Shown: in pieces, positions 62,071 to 64,000 of the stretch
How the letters are laid out: each line of letters begins with the position of its first letter
Position numbering within the stretch: the stretch's first letter is position 1
Origin: Mobula hypostoma
Taxonomy: Eukaryota
DNA length: 64,000 bases
Assembly: GCF_963921235.1 (NCBI RefSeq)
Contig: NC_086097.1
Location: 109,866,001 to 109,930,000 of the forward strand
Direction of reading: 5' to 3'
The notes under the pieces: generated by a model
Database searches by the model: none
What the model was told of the DNA's origin: nothing
What the model saw: the letters and a program-made list of their open reading frames with translations, nothing else
Position numbers and translations under genes: made by a program

Positions 62071-62580
62071 TATGCTGACATTGGAGAGGGTTCAGAGAAG
62101 ATTCACAAGAATGAATCCAGGAATGAAAGGGCTACCGTATGAGGAACATCTGGCAGCTCTTGGGCTGTATTCCCTGGAGTTCAGGAGAATGAGGGGGGAT
62201 CTCATAGAAACATTCTGAATGTTAAAAGGCCTGATCAGATTAGATATGGCAAAGTTATTTCCCATGGTAGGGGATCCTAGGCCAAGAGGGCACAACTTCA
62301 GGATTGAAGTACATCCTTTTAGAACTGAGATGAGGAGAAATTACTTTAGTCAGAGGATGGTAAATCTGTGGAATTTGCTGCCACAAGCAGCTCTGGAGGC
62401 CAAGTCATTGGGTGTATTTAAGGTAGAGATAGATAGGTTCTTGATTAGCCAGGGCACCAAAGGGTATGGGATGAAAGCAGAGGAGTGGGAATGACTGGAA
62501 GAATTGGATCAGCCCATGACTGAATGGCGGAGCAGACTCAATGGGCCGAATGCTCCTATATCTTATGGTCTTATGGTCTA

Positions 62581-63020
62581 TTGAAGGAAAACCGTCAGTT
62601 GACATTATTGCAGCTGGGGATGCCAGCATGTGAAATTATAGAGCTTTGGAGTGTAGTGATGCTTGTGGCCTCACTACAAGAATTTGTGGGAACTAACCAT
62701 GTATATTCCGTACAAAGATCAGCTATCACAAGAATATACTTATTAGGTTTTCAGTAAGATGGATTGCTTTGGGATGCCAAAATAGACCTATATAATCAAC
62801 CTCCCACACCTGCATTGGTGCAGTTGGTTTTATTTGTCTGAGAGGAGATGGTCTTGTGACTGTTCCCTTATGATAGGTCAGACATTCTTTACAATTTGCA
62901 ATGAGTTGCTTCCAGTCACTCAACTTCTAAGGCCACCAGTCTAACATTGATAATTTTGCATGCCTGTTCCCACCAGGATTATGTTGGAATTCTCAGTGGG
63001 CATCTTGAAACAATTATGTG
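62581..63020 (-). pseudogene. pol: Foamy-virus-like integrase, N-terminal half (HHCC finger plus first part of the core)
   Basis: Manual translation: LFQDAH*EFQHNPGGNRHAKLSMLDWWP*KLSDWKQLIANCKECLTYHKGTVTRPSPLRQIKPTAPMQVWEVDYIG, then after frameshifts NKYILVIADLCTEYTWLVPTNSCSEATSITTLQSSIISHAGIP and IMSTDG. Confidence 0.82.
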
Positions 63021-63049
63021 CACTCCCAGCTTTGTGCTCCTAACTCTCT

Positions 63050-64000
63050 CTATAGAGAAGCCATGTATATGCAGAGATGAGCATCTTCCTGAAGTCCACA
63101 ATACTCTCTTTGGTCTTGTCCATGTTGAAACTTAAGTTGTTGAGCTCTCATCATTCTACCAGCCCTCTACCTCCTCTTTGTGTGTCATCTCGTTGTCGCT
63201 GTTCATGAGACCAACCACTGTTATGTCAGCAGTGAACTTGATGACTCAGTCTGAACTGGATCTAGCAGTGCAGTCATGTGTCAGCAGCATGAACAGCGGT
63301 GGGCGGAGCACGCATCTTGGGGAGCGCCAGTGCCCAGCGTGATGGAGCTAGAGATGTTTCTGCCAACACGGACTGACCTGGGCCTTTCTGTCAAGAAGTC
63401 TAGGATCCAGTTACAAAGAGAGGTGTTGAAACTGTTTATCTACCAGCTTCTGAGGTATGGTCATATTGAATGCTGAGCTGAAGGCAATAAACAAGTCTTG
63501 ACATATAAGGCACCATTTTCCAGGTGGGACAGGATTGAGTGCAGAGGCTACAACATCATTAGTGGACCAACTTGAGCGATAAGTGAACTGGAAATGGTCC
63601 AATGTAGCAGGAAAATTCTATCCCTGACCAGCCGTTCAAAGCACTTCATCATTGTTGAGGTCAGTGCCACTGGATGGTGTCACTGAAACAGGTTTCTGTT
63701 GCTCTCCTGGGTGTCAGGATGATGGTGGCCACCTTGAAGCGTGAGTGGACAGTGGACTGTTCCAGAGAGATATTGAAGATGTTTCTTAGATTCTCCGTTA
63801 ACTGAGCTGTACAGTCCCTCTGCACCCGACCAGGTGTGATGTCAAATCCCGCAGCATTATATCAGTTGATCTTGGCTGGGGTCTTCCTCACATCAACTGC
63901 GACCCGACAGAGTGCCCACTCCTCAGAAGGAAGGGGAGCCTTTCTCGTCGGCACATTGTTCTGTACATCAAAATAAGCATAAGACACATTCTGCCTATCA
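63050..64000 (-). mobile_element. Degenerate Rex1/Babar RT fragment running off the window
   Basis: MDHFQFTYRS..STNDVV; antisense of GAPQ and ..DFRK (cttcctgaagtccacaat). Confidence 0.8.

Larger units (their letters stand above)
58031..62580 (+). mobile_element. 5'-truncated CR1 LINE (RT 3' half) hosting a hAT MITE and a Helitron
   Basis: caggggtcggtgttgggacc (QGSVLGP), [33 protein letters not shown]; (TCTTATGG)n tail. Collinear once 58357-59575 and 59752-62070 are removed. Confidence 0.92.

Overview
This is eukaryotic, repeat-saturated DNA. The repeat families (CR1 LINEs with (TTCTATGT)n tails, Rex1/Babar LINEs, HE1-like V-SINEs, hammerhead-bearing Penelope-like termini) suggest a cartilaginous fish, probably a ray; this is an inference. 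I found no host protein-coding gene or structural RNA gene, and most of the ORF track is transposon coding sequence or its antisense shadow. The main discovery is a decayed foamy-virus-like (Spumaretrovirinae-like) endogenous retrovirus on the minus strand. Its integrase (HHCC finger, DDE core, C-terminal domain) can be rebuilt by joining 63020-62581 to 58030-57610 across a 4.5-kb CR1 insertion, and a probable degraded env follows it. That CR1 itself holds a MER1/Charlie3-like hAT MITE and a Helitron with both ends and a PIF1 helicase but no Rep domain. Other features: two young, near-identical CR1 copies in inverted orientation, a CR1 with a displaced internal segment, Gypsy pol relics (one with an in-frame 64-codon insert), hAT MITEs with 8-bp TSDs, RTE-derived short elements, a 57-bp minisatellite, and a repeat-free enhancer-like island near 22.5-23.3 kb. 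All homology calls rest on manual translation and recalled family motifs, not database searches; boundaries of old elements are approximate.
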